Assembly (NCBI GenBank): GCA_964019335.1
Contig: OZ025708.1
Coordinates: 62,001-126,000, forward strand
DNA length: 64,000 nucleotides
Reading direction: 5' to 3'
From: Diplonema japonicum
Taxonomy: Eukaryota; Protista; Euglenozoa: Diplonemea
Shown here: piece by piece, positions 8,730-20,098 of the stretch
How the letters are laid out: every line of letters begins with the position of its first letter
Position numbering within the stretch: position 1 is the stretch's first letter
Notes under the pieces: model-generated
What the model was told of the DNA's origin: nothing
The model's input: only the letters and a program-made list of their open reading frames with translations
Database searches by the model: none
Program-made: the position numbers and the translations under genes

Positions 8730-10382
8730 CTCCTTTGTAGTTTTCCCTATTTAACTATCCCTCTCAATTATACTCGCTGTCATCAACCCCCTCCATCTGA
8801 AGGGGGATGGGGCTTCGGGGGGTCGCGCCTTGGGAGCCCCCCTCCGAAGATGATGGTGACAACCTCCCGACATAGGTGTCCATCTCCTCCTGCGCCTCCA
8901 CCCCACGCGCAGGGGCGAGCTGTTTCCTGGACTTTTGGACCTCCACCGACTTCCCTTGTCCGTCCGGGGTTCCCACCATCGTCCCCTCGCTCCCCTCCCT
9001 CTGCCTCTTGTTTGCCCCTTCCTCCTGTTTCACCCGCCTCATCCCCGCCGCGAAATCCCTGTGTCTTTTCCGCGCCTCCAAGACCCTCTGGTACTCCGCC
9101 ACGGGGACCACTTCCCCACCCTCCTCTTGCACCTTCACCAGGTGCAGGTTCCCTTCGGTGCCGTTCGCCATGTTGCTCGCGACTATCCTCCACCTGAACA
9201 CCTCGGGATCCACGTCGGGCTGGGTATTGAGAGTGTAGCTCACCCCCTCTTCCGCCCCCGTGGGGAAGATAGTCACCCTCCTGCCTCCAGGCCGGACCTC
9301 CTGTGCTTGCTCTATCCTCGCCACAAGGTCGTACAGCCTCCCCTCTCCCCCGTCCGACGTGGTGCACTCGTCGCGCAGCAGCTGGGAGTACTCTTCGCTC
9401 TCCTCCCCGCTGCACTCCTCCATCACTTGTTTCACCCTCTGGAGCCACTCCTGTGCGTCGAACTGGGTCTCCCCTTCCGCGACCACATCCCCGTGGTGCG
9501 TGGCGACGACGATGTACGGCCCCTTCGGGTCACGCAACTCCATCTCCGGAAGAATGGCTTGGCTTCCCTGTGCGTCCTCGGCTTCGACCCCGTCGGCTGT
9601 GTGTGTTTGGATTGTGCCTGTCGTGGTCTCTGCCTGCTGGTCCTTCCCCTCGGTGCGTTGGTTAGCTGTTTGATTGTTTTCTGTGCCATCCACCGCCCCC
9701 TGGTTCCGGGCCCCTCCTTCCTCTCCGCTCCTCACAGGGCCAGCTTTTGTGTTTTGGATTGTGCCGCTCCCTGTCTCCTCCTCTCCCATCTCCGCGTCCA
9801 CCCGCTCCGCCGCTGCTTTTGCTGCCGCTGACGCTGCTGCTACCACCGCCGCGGCCGCCAGGTTCGCGGTCCTCCTCTCTGCCTCCTCCTGGAACTTGTT
9901 CTCCGCCGCCTTCGCCGCGGCCAGAGCAGCCATCCCTGTCAGGTAGAACGCCGCCTCAGCTACCTCCTCCTCCGTTCCTGTAGCCGCAGCTTCCCGTTCC
10001 ATCGCCTCCTGATCCTCCCTCTCCCTCCTCTCCTCCTGGGAGTGCTGCTCCGCTTCCGAGTCCAGCTCCATCTTCTCCACCAGGACCTTCCCCTTCCTAA
10101 TGGCCGCCCTCGCCACGCCCTTGACCACGGCCGCCGACACTGCGGCCTTCATGTCGTTGAAGACCTCCACCCTGTGTCGTCGCGTCCTCTTCGCTGCTTC
10201 AGATGCCACCTCCTTCAAGAACTCCCTGGCCTGCCCTGCCAGACCCCCAAACGTTTCCACCGCAAAAGGGCGGAACTGCTTGTGGGCCTCCTTGCACGCT
10301 TCCATGTGCTTCTTGTTCTTCGCCTCCTGGGCCTTGTTCGCAGCGTAGCCAGCAGTTTTTGAGGCCTGTTCCAGGTTGCCCA
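7902..10382 (-). mobile_element. 5'-truncated CRE/SLACS-like (RLE) non-LTR retrotransposon
   Basis: C-terminal half of an RLE domain, long 3' UTR and A-rich tail at ~7902-7924 on the minus strand. Confidence 0.7.
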
Positions 10383-10383
10383 T
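8764..10383 (-). pseudogene. C-terminal fragment of RLE retrotransposon ORF with long acidic/low-complexity extension
   Basis: AA..A...K.KKH...C.....FRPFAVETFGG..G.A..FL........SAAVVKGVA resembles the second half of CRE-clade restriction-like endonucleases; PD motif, zinc knuckle and RT absent; ATG is formed at the junction with the preceding poly(A). Confidence 0.7.
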
Positions 10384-10690
10384 TTTTTTTTTGGTCAAAT
10401 AACAATGGACCCACCCGTGCGAAACTAGGGGGAAGAAACTAAAGGGAGGAGGATATCGGGGTGCACGGCGGAGTGAACAAGGGACGGGAAAGGCTTTTTT
10501 TATTTACTTTCATTTCTTTCTCGTTCTCTGGGAACCACGGAGAGGTAGGGGGGAAAAGAGGTGAAAAGAAGTTCAAGAAAGTTGGGGGGAAGGAGGTCGA
10601 AACTTGAGGGGAAGAGATGGAGGGGGAAAAAGGAGGAAAAAGAAAATTAAAAAGAAAGAAATAAAAAAGTTTTCTTTTTCTTAAACCACC
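10383..10690 (-). mobile_element. Second, very short 3' end of the CRE-like element
   Basis: 10396-~10630 repeats 7927-~8165; both end in minus-strand poly(A). Confidence 0.75.
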
Positions 10691-10713
10691 CTCGGAATAG
10701 GTTCTTTTCTTTC

Positions 10714-11750
10714 TTTTTTTTTTTTTAATAATAATAATAATATTTGTTCCACTGCCAGTGGGGGAGACAAAAGGTGGAGGGAAGATAAAGAGGTTTGAAA
10801 CATCAAAAGTCTGTGTTGCACAGGGTGACATAATTGTGCCTGGCAAATCACAGGGTGAAGCAAGACGGTATTCAGTAAGGGGTGTGTGTGTATACTTCCT
10901 TTCAGATATTCCATTGTTCCATTCTTTCTTGGTCAAAATCTTCTCCTTTTGTATCGCCTATGGCGCAGTCAGTCTGCCTCTTGGCCCCCTAGTATATTCC
11001 TTCGACTGTCCTGCCCATGGCCACCTTTTTTCCTTTCCCCTGGTAGCGCATCCCCCTCAATAGGAAGGATCGTCTTAAGGATTTCGGGGCGACTCTTGCC
11101 TTCGACCGGCCCCGAGCCGTCCCCATGCCGGTTTTTGTTTGTCGTTGGGGCTTGAATAGTTTTTCTTTCTTTCTGTTGTTTATTTATATAGTTTTTATTT
11201 TTTTATTTTTTTATTTTTTTTTTTTTCTTTTCAATACACTGTACCGTCTTAAAAGGAGGGAGGGGTTTTTTGGCAGGGAACGATAATACACTAGGGGAGG
11301 GGAGTGAAGGGAGGATTGTTCGAAGCACTATTTATTCCTTTTTTTTTTCTTTTTTCTTTTTTTTTTTTTTTCTCATTCATTTCATTTCTTTTCTTTTTTT
11401 CCCTTACTCAACACCTTACTTGTCTCGCTCATGAGCCTAATGCTTTTAATAGAGGAAACTCTACCATCCCACGTAAAATAAGATTTATCTTTCAAAAAAT
11501 GTTTTTTTTTTTTAAAAATGTTTTAAAAATGTCTTAATTTATCTCATGGTCACCCCCTACAGCAAGCCAATCTCTTTCAAGAAAGACTCAACTCTAGGGG
11601 ATTCATCGGTCAGGAGTTCGGTGACGGAGTGCGAACCCAGGTGCCTCGCCCTCTCCACCTCGGTCCCCCTGCACTCAATCAGAAGATGCGTGAGGTTTTG
11701 CACCTCTCCACAGAAAGTGCATTTCACGTCCACCTCCCTCGCCCCTTCGC
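10714..11750 (-). mobile_element. Family C 5'-truncated non-LTR element (CCHC C-terminus, 3' UTR, (TTA)n-poly(A) tail)
   Basis: CTFCGEVQNLTHLLIEC...FLKEIGLL* (stop at 11557) is homologous to the family B C-terminus CHLCSMPQTLSHLLKEC...FLEQRGLL*; tail CTGGCAGTGGAACAAAT(ATT)nAn. Confidence 0.8.
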
Positions 11751-11946
11751 GAATTGACCCCACACCCGATCCCGGAACATCCTTACCTGAACTCCGACCC
11801 ACCGGATCCTGTCGACATGTATAAGCCAGGGGAGGTTTGCGAGCCGGAAGCGCCGAGCAAAGACGATGGGTGGGAAGAGCATCACTTGGTGGGGGGTCTG
11901 CGACACATTAAAAACAAATTTAAAAAAAAAAAAAAAAATTACAAAA

Positions 11947-13261
11947 ATGGACCAGACCAACGCGGACGCCTCCACGAGGCCCCCACTGGACAGCTTGCAG
12001 ATGCAAGTCGACGAAGCAGCCGCGGAGGAGGTTCCAGAGATAAATCTGGACCTCGAGAAGAAGGAGGAGAAGGAAGAAGGGAAGGGGCGTCCAGGGAACT
12101 GGGTCATGGGCCCCTTGCCGAAGAAGGTCGACGGGGAGGGAGCGGCAGAGATTCTCGCCGCAACGATAGCAGGAGAGACGGAAAAGGCCGTCATCCTAAA
12201 AACGGCAAATGCCGTCTTTTTACTTTTCTCCGCCGCCACCCCACCAAAACACACCCAAACGAAGGTGAACGGCCAGATAGCGACGCTACTACCTGCCGTC
12301 AAGGTGGTGGACCCCCTCGAGGCAAGAGAGGAAAAAAAGTGGAAAGGGAAGGGCGGAAAGAAAACAAAAAAAAGCCGCCTCAACAGGTACTCGGTAGATG
12401 GATTCTTAGCCCACTACGGGGAAAAGACGGGGTGGAGCCTCTACAAGGAGGCTGTCGAGGACTGGAAACAGAGAAGGGCTCCACCTCCTCCTTCCGCCCT
12501 AAAGTCGAGAGATCCTCAACAACAGCAGAGCCCAGAACACTTAAAGGTTCTGGAAGAGCTACGGGGACAGCAGCAGGTGCTGCAACAACAACTGCAGATG
12601 CAACAGCAACAGCTGCAGCTCCAACACCAGCACCAACAGCAACAACCTCCGGACCAAGACAAAATCCTGGAAATACTGAAGGGGCAGCAGCTACAACACC
12701 AGCAGCAGCAGCAACAACACCAGGAGCAGGTGCAACAATTCCAGCAGCAGCTACAAAAACAACAACAACAACACCAGGAGCAGGTGCAGCAATTCCAACA
12801 ACAGCTGCAGAATCAGCAGCAGCAGCTACAAAAACAGCAGCAGCAACATCAGGAACAGCTACAGCAACAGCAAGTAGCACACCAGGAGACGGTGAAGGGT
12901 CTCCTGGAGCTGGTAAAACAAAGCCAGCAGCAGCTGAAAAAGGACACCTCGGTGATCCAAAAGACACTGCACCAGTTATCACTGGGAAAAAAAAAAAAAA
13001 ACCGCCACAGACCCCGACCAGCCCACGGTAGCCCTGCAGGACCACCCCCTCTCTCTTACGGAGTCGGAGACCGAGCAGGAGGAAACCCCATTAGGGGCGA
13101 GAAGGAGGAGGGTGCCCGAGATGCTAGAGCATCAATCGTCGAGGGAGACCCCCTACAAAACGCCGGAGGGCAGGGGTTCGGCAGGTACTGCCGAAAAGAC
13201 AATCATGTCTACGAACGGGAGGAAGAAAGGCGGGAAAGGTTCCAAAGGTGTAAAGAAATAG
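11947..13261 (+). CDS. Family B1 ORF1 with Gln-rich coiled coil; one extra A in the A-run at ~12988-13001
   Basis: N-terminus MDQ..ADASTRPPLDSLQMQVDE is shared with B2 ORF1; after the A-run the shifted frame (ESETEQEETP..RRR..PY..KGGK) matches the B2 C-terminus and ends at TAG 13259-13261. Confidence 0.75.
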
Positions 13262-13603
13262 TGTTAGTAATAAACAAAAAAAAAAAGAAAGTGTTTTCCC
13301 TTCCCTTTACAAATTCACAAAGCCCCACCCCCCCATTACGTCATACCCCATAAAAAAAAAATAAAAAAAATAAAAAAAAATAAAAAAACAACATAAAAAA
13401 AAAAATTAAAAAAAAAAAACAAACAAAAAAAAAAAAAAAAACATAAAGAACATAAACGAGCTAAAAAAAAAAAAAAAACAACATCAAAAAAAAAAAAGAA
13501 AAACCAAAAGAAAAAAAGTTGTCAAAAGAAAAAAGGAGGACAACAACAACAACAACAACAAGAGGTCTGCAGAACAACACAAGCACTTTGCACAAGAGAA
13601 GTA

Positions 13604-13765
13604 TGTACGACTTGGCTACTTCCCGCGGTCGAATCCTGGCCGGCCCCAACCGAGGGTGTCCACGGGGGACAAGGCGTTAGTGGTGGCGACGAGAGGTCTG
13701 TTAGGGCCGGCCCCCCCCAAGTCGTACAACCCTATCTTCGAAGACCTGAAGGTAGGGGTGACCAC
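13604..13765 (+). promoter_or_regulatory. Conserved pseudoknotted RNA element upstream of B1 ORF2 (candidate IRES)
   Basis: Stems GTACGACTTGG/CCAAGTCGTAC, GGCCGGCCC/GGGCCGGCC, CCCTATCTTC/GAAGGTAGGG; loop AGACCT complementary to AGGTCT; GTGGT/ACCAC; conserved in B2. Confidence 0.6.
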
Positions 13766-13777
13766 ATAGGCAGTGCG

Positions 13778-16700
13778 TTGTTCTTGCAGTACCGACCTTC
13801 GACGGCCGCTTCAATGAGGAAGAGAAGATCCGGACCACATGGGATGGATATCTTGAGATGCGGCGACGTCGAACAAAACCCGGGGCCAGCCGTTGGTGGG
13901 GTGAGGAACGGGTGGCTCAAGATAGTCTCACTCAACGTAAGGTCCCTCAGAGCTAGGAAGGCCGAAATAGAGAGGGCTATCGATGAAATGGCGCCGGACA
14001 TCCTGTGTCTCCAAGAGACACACCTTACATCAGACGATGACATGCATGGATGGTTCGACGGGTACAAAGCCTTTCGGAGGGACAGGACGAGGCCGAGAAG
14101 AAGAGGATTCCCCATTAAGGGCGGCGGCTTGTTGACACTCGTGAAGGAAGGCATCAGCGCCAGCAGGGTTTCAGCGAAGGAGAGCAGGGACGTGACAGAG
14201 AGGCTGGACGTGAAGATCTACCCACCGGGACAGAAAGAGATTCTCCTAGTGAACATTTACCTCCCACCGACATCACCGTCAGATCCCAGCGATGACAGAC
14301 CTGCCATCGACTCATACTTCAACCCGTACTCACTTCCTACTGGAGACAATACCCTGATCATGGGGGACTTCAACGCCCATCACCCACTGTGGGATGGAAG
14401 GAAGAAAAAAGAAGACCCTATAGGAAGCAAAATCGCAGCGTGGATGGTCGATAAAGGGATGAGACCCTGGAACGACAGATATAAGCCCACGCTCCTTAAC
14501 ACAAGAGGGACACTATCCTCGCCAGACTTGGTTATAAGCGGACCTGACATGGAATCTACATCCTGGACAACCCTAGAGTCATGGGGTTCCGACCACATTC
14601 CCATGTCCACCGAAATCAGAACCAAGTTTGAAGTCAAGACGACAGAAAGGAGATTCTGCTTCAAAAAAGCGGATTGGGCTGGCTTCAGGGATTATCTTGA
14701 GCACGCCCTAAGGCACCTGCAGAGAACAGGTGACCCCGTGAAATTGAACAAACAGTTCACGAACGCGATCAAAGAAGCCGCCAGGCTCTTCATACCGAGA
14801 GGTGGAGCAAGAGGTGGGAAAGCGTGGTGGACAGAAGAACTAACGCAGTTAGTTGCTCAGCGGAACGCTCTGAAAAAGGAGATAATGTCAGACATTGGCA
14901 TCCCCTCGACTGAACAGTGCGAAAGACTCGGAGAAATCAGCCGACAAGTGCAGGAACAAATCGTCGTAGGAAAGAAAAGAGCGTGGGCTGAGTACACGAA
15001 GGAATTGTCACAGAAGAAAGACCTGGGGCATGCTTTCAGGACGATAAAGACGCTCGATGGTAGGAAGGGCAAAGAACCTGTGGCGCCGCTGATGGCTGGT
15101 GAAAGATTACACACCACAGCGACAGAGAAGGCAGACGCACTGGTGGACCACTACGCGGAGGCATTTGCACCGCAACTGAACAAGGACACCAAGAGAATGC
15201 TGGAAAGAGTAGAACGACTAACCAAGGAAAACGGTGGTCGGAATAACAGGACCGAGTGCCCCGATATAAGCATCGACGAATTGAAGTACGCACTGAGGCA
15301 ACTTAAAAAGGGGAAGTCCCCAGGCCCTGACGGTGTGTACAACGAGATGTTAAAGCACCTCGGGGAAACGGCCCTGGACGCGATGCTACATCTCTTCAAT
15401 ATGTCGTGGGAGAAGGGTGTAGTTCCGTCGGATTGGAAATACACACACATCGTCCCGCTCTTCAAAGGCAAAGGAAAGCTGAAGAGCGAACCGGCATCGT
15501 ACAGGCCGATCTCATTAACCTCGGGAATTTCAAAGACAATGGAGAGGATAGTGAAGATCAGGATCGACTACCACCAAGACGTGGGCGATGTAAAGAAGGT
15601 TCACAAAATGCAGTCAGGTTTCAGGAAGGGGCGTTCCACTGAAGAGAACGTCTTGCAGGTTACAACGAAACTAGATCGCATCAGAGGAGACGAGTTCTGC
15701 GGGGGTCTCCTGCTCTTTGACCTGAAAGGGGCTTTTGATACAGTCTGGCATAAAGGCCTGAACGCAAAGCTGAGATACAGCAAGTACCCGCAGAGGATAA
15801 CGAACTGGGTGCTGCCTTCCTGGACCAAAGGGTTGCAGCCGTCAAGGTGGACGGCAAGATAGGGAAACAAAGGCAGATAAAAGGAGGGGTTCCACAGGGG
15901 ACGATCCTGGCTCCGACCCTCTTCTCATTATATATGGACGACCTGTCAGCGATTTTCGCAAAGGAGGGAATTGACGCTGTGATGTACGCAGACGACATCG
16001 CGGTGGTGGTTCATGAGAAAGATGTTGAGAAACTGAACGAGAAGCTGTCGAGGGTCCTGAGGATCGTGGAGACTTGGTGTTCCTGGAACTCGATGGTGAT
16101 ATCAAAAGACAAGACAGAGTTCTTGCCAGTAGCGGGCATCTCATATCCCCAAAGGACCCTAAAAGGGAAGATATCGGCAACCTTTGCGGGGGGGGAAGAG
16201 CTCAGGGTAGTTGAAAAAACAAAGCTGCTCGGAGTCACGTTTGAGGAAGACATGTTTTTCGCCGCACATACGGCAGACGTCTTGAGAAGGGCGGAAAGCA
16301 GAGTCAGGCTACTGAGAAGACTGGCAGGGACGAAGTGGGGTTGCAAGAAAGTGGTAATGAGGGCACTCTACCTCACGTACGTACAGCCAGTTTTCCGTTA
16401 CTGTCTGGGGGCGTACGGACCTTTCGTGATAGGCGGGAGGGGCACGTACCACGAAGGAATCCAGAAGCTGCAGTACCGGGCAGCTTTAACGATCACAGGA
16501 TGTGTAGCGACATCAGAGACATTCGCTACACTAAACGAGGCTGGCTTGTGGACACTCGATGCGCTGATCGAACACGACAGTTTACTGCTGTACGAGTCCA
16601 TCATTAGGAAGGAGAACACAGCTGCCTTTCAAGCTACACAACCCCTGAAGGATCTGACCAGATACGAGGTACTGTTCCCGAAGAAAACATGGTCAGATCG

Positions 16701-17772
16701 ACAAAGGGAAGCAGCCAGGGCCTACAAGCTCCCAGAGAGAGCGGCAACACCATTCTCAGGTTATGCCTTTGAGAAGAAGTACAGAGTTACACCTTGGCAG
16801 AGATTCGAGGGTAAACTGATACTGGCCCCCTTCCTCGACATACATGTGAAGAGATCGGACACCAGTGAAGTCAGAAGGAAAGCAACAGAGGACACTCTGA
16901 ACCGGCTTATCGAGAAGCACGGAAAAGCCTTCTGCATGATCTTCACAGACGGGTCATTGAAGGACGGCAGGAACGGAGGAGCTGCTGCGATACTGTTGCG
17001 AGGGGAGAGAAAAGCTTCGTATGGGGTCAGCGGTGGATCCTATACGTCATCCTACAGGTGCGAGCAAAGGGCCATAGAGCTGGGGCTGCACCTCGCGACA
17101 AACCTCTCGAAGAGAGTGGGCACGAGCCAAGAGATGGTCCTTATTTGCACTGATTCGCAGTCGGTAATAAGGAGGATGTGCCAGGGGCACCTGTCCGCTG
17201 TCTCTGCAGACGAGTACAAACTGTGGCACGAGGTAGCGGGACTTGTAAAGAGAGGCCACAAAGTGGTCATACAGTACGTACCAAGTCACTGCGGATTCAA
17301 ATGGAACGAGATGGCGGACAAGAAGGCGAAGGAGACCTGCCGGGCAGTTGCCCACGAACAGAAGACCAGCATAGACATCGTGAAGTCACTGGTGAGAAAA
17401 AAGGTACTGGCGAGCCACCTCCTCTTCTGGAAAAAAACGGGTGTCAAGGAGACATACCGAGAGCTTTTCGCAGGGAATTTCGAGAAGTTTGAAGAGCTAA
17501 ACAGGGAACAAGAAGTTGCGATCATGAGGCTGAGAGTGGGGAAGAGCCCCCTCATAAGCGGGTATCTACTCAATCCCCCGGCCGATGTGGTCACATGCCA
17601 CCTTTGTTCGATGCCTCAGACGCTGAGCCACCTCCTGAAAGAATGCCAGGACGATGGTAGAGCTGACCAGAGAAGTCAGATCTTCGGTTCCTCCCTTCCT
17701 TCGCTCAAGGCCCTACTGTCAACTGACGCCGGGAAAACCGTACAATTCCTGGAACAGCGGGGCCTGTTGTGA
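13778..17772 (+). pseudogene. Family B1 ORF2 (2A-APE-RT-RNase H-CCHC) with a 1-nt frameshift at ~15810
   Basis: GDVEQNPGP; SLNVRSL, QETH, GDFNAHH, GSDH; GGVPQG, YADD; FTDGS, VPSHCG; GGGTGCTGCC here versus GGGTCGCTGCC in the copy at ~47630 (may be a sequencing error); start codon uncertain. Confidence 0.88.
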
Positions 17773-18641
17773 CCGACCGTGAGATATAATCCCCTTTATA
17801 AATTATATTATAAACTAAACTTTACTTATATACTTTTCTCTCAAATTATCCTGAGTTTGAAGCTGTACTGTTGTTATACGACTTCAGACAGCAATTGTTT
17901 CTAACTCAATCTCTCGACTCTGGCTTCACTCCTATCCTTTCTTTTCACCTCCCTCCCCAGTGTCTTCCCTTATTTTCCATTACCAGGCCCCTGACCCCCG
18001 CCCCCAGTGTTATTCAAAATTTTCACTCACCTTTCATATAGAAAGAAAAAAGAAAAAAAAAAAGAAAAAAAGAAGGACAGATGATTCAAGCTTCGGTGTA
18101 CACGATCGAGCTTGATTTGAATTCCTTTATTTTTGAGAAAAAAAAAAAAAAAGAAAAAAAAAAAAAAAGAAGAATATATATAAAAAAAAAAAAAAAAACT
18201 GTAGAACGAAACTTAATTGAATTGAATTTATTGGCTCCCGAAAGCCCAACAAGTCCAGCAGACGGTGGAGTTTCACAGTCAGCTGGTTAATTTTTCACAA
18301 TTGAAACTCCTCCAAAGTTCTTAAAATCTGGGAGGTCGTCTCTTGTTACTAGAGGCGGCTAATGCCTCGAGACCCAGGTGCTGCCTGGTGGGTGGGATCG
18401 GTTTTATTTTATTATGAAAAGAGCGTGGTGAGGGGGTCCAAGTAATTTACAACAGGGAGCAGCGGACCAGGACCCCTCGACCAATGGCTCAGTAACAGAG
18501 ACTGCTTTTCACGAATCACTTTCAAACACCTCTCTTGGTTTGAAGTGATGTCCCATTCCCTTTGGTTTTCTCTACTCCCCTTCGATCCTCCCGCCTGGTA
18601 GTGGAATATTTATTATTATTATTATTAAAAAAAAATCTATC

Positions 18642-19994
18642 CAGTTTGTGCCGTCCCACTGCGGGGTTCCTGGCAACGAGGCGGCAGACAGGCTGGCCGG
18701 GGAGGGCACGAAGCGCGAGCTGACTCGCCCCTCTCTCGACTACAGGTCGGTCAGGGCCCTGGTCCGTCGCCAGATTCAGCAGAGGTCTGCGGTCATTGTC
18801 GGGGAGGTGGCCCCGAGATACGCGAGGGCCACGGGGCTCCGAGCGGCGTGCTTCCCCCAGTCCCTCCCCAGGCTAGCGGAGACGGTCATCTCGCGGCTGA
18901 GGGTAGGGCACTCCGCTCTCTTCTTCGGCTTCCTGCAGGCGGCTGGACCGAACAGGAAGAAGGCTGAGCTCAGCTGCCCAGCGTGTGGAGCAAAGATGTC
19001 CAGGGAGCACGTTGTTGGGGGGTGCGCTGTGGTTGGACGGGGTTCGCTCGACGCTCCCAATGGACGCCCCTCGCTGGTGGAGTGCCTGTCAAAACGCGTG
19101 ACGCAGGTATTCACCCTCATCGCCGACTCTGGCTTGCTTGACTGGGCCAGATCCGGGGTCTTCACGTCGCCGTCTGCGGCAACGGCAGGTACCGCTGCCC
19201 CTTCGTTCATCCCGCCGGCTGTCTCCCTTGACGCCGGCCCTGCGGCCCCCGTGTTGCGCTGAAGTGAGTAGGGTGAGATCAACATTTCAATTCTTTTAGT
19301 GCTTACGTTCCCTTCCCCTCTCTTCCACTCCCTCTCATCCTTTTCTTTATCATCATCCGGCGTCTGGCCTTTCTCTTACCAGTATGCCCGTCCCCTTTTA
19401 AACTTTTAAATTTTTAAAATTAACATCCTCTTGTTATCGTGTGCCCTGACATTGTAGTCAAAAACGGATGGCCCGGCCTACTCTGAAGTTGCCCAGATGA
19501 GTCCTCTCATCTTCGCACGAACGAGTGTGGTACGGCCATCCCCTCCCCCCGCCAGCCGGAGTGCAGCGGGGAGAGCAAATGCTTCCCCTATCATCCCCAT
19601 GCGCACACGCACACTCGCTTCCCCTTTTGATTTTGAGAGATTTTACTCTCACCCTTTCATGTTTCGCTCAATGGAGCAAATCCCTCTCGAGGGGGCGACC
19701 GGGGCCAGTTCCGGTCACCAGAGGTCCCAGTTGAGAAAAACGACGAACTGGGGTCAAGGTCCCCGTCCGAGTCACGTAGGTCTACGCGGCTTGGAATTAA
19801 AGTAATTCAGCCCTCTTCGGCTGTTCCAAACAGGTGCACGGGTTGGCGGAGTCCACAGCTCCATCTGATTGCAGAAGAACTGGTCTTCGCCCTCCCTGTA
19901 ATATTTCCATGCTTCCCTTCACCTTTCCCCTTCCCAGGTGTTGCTCCCCCATGGTGGCACCTATTGGTATTTTGAAAAAAAAAAAAAAAAAAAA
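18642..19994 (+). mobile_element. Family A' (diverged relative of A), 5'-truncated: end of RNase H and CCHC (to stop 19262), 3' UTR, poly(A)
   Basis: QFVPSHCG..GNEAAD, RLRVGHSALFFGFLQ, CPAC, C-terminus VSLDAGPAAPVLR identical to A; terminal ATTGGTATTTTG(A)n shared with A. Confidence 0.9.
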
Positions 19995-20098
19995 TACTGC
20001 GGTGAGTGATCACGTGGGAAGCCCTGGTGCTGTATCCTCAAAAAGGTGGGGGGTCTGATACACTATCACATAATAAATTTTAATAAAAATTTATAAAA

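Larger units (their letters stand above)
11755..18635 (+). mobile_element. Family B non-LTR retrotransposon copy B1 (near full length)
   Basis: ORF1, A-rich spacer, structured intergenic RNA, 2A-APE-RT-RNase H-CCHC ORF2, ~850-bp 3' UTR, (TTA)n-poly(A) tail; 5' boundary approximate. Confidence 0.88.

Noticed and set aside
7927-10630. ~240-bp direct repeats flanking an ORF read as LTRs
   Set aside because: Each repeat ends in minus-strand poly(A) and lacks TG..CA, PBS and PPT; better explained as two non-LTR 3' ends
12985-13002. Programmed frameshift in B1 ORF1 at GGGAAAA...
   Set aside because: B2 ORF1 is continuous and a single extra A in a long homopolymer explains it; likely error or mutation
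19995-20070. L1Tc Pr77/HDV-like ribozyme at element 5' ends
   Set aside because: Could not build the P1/P1.1/P2/P3/P4 fold or the catalytic C linker by eye in A or B; a covariance search could still find a variant
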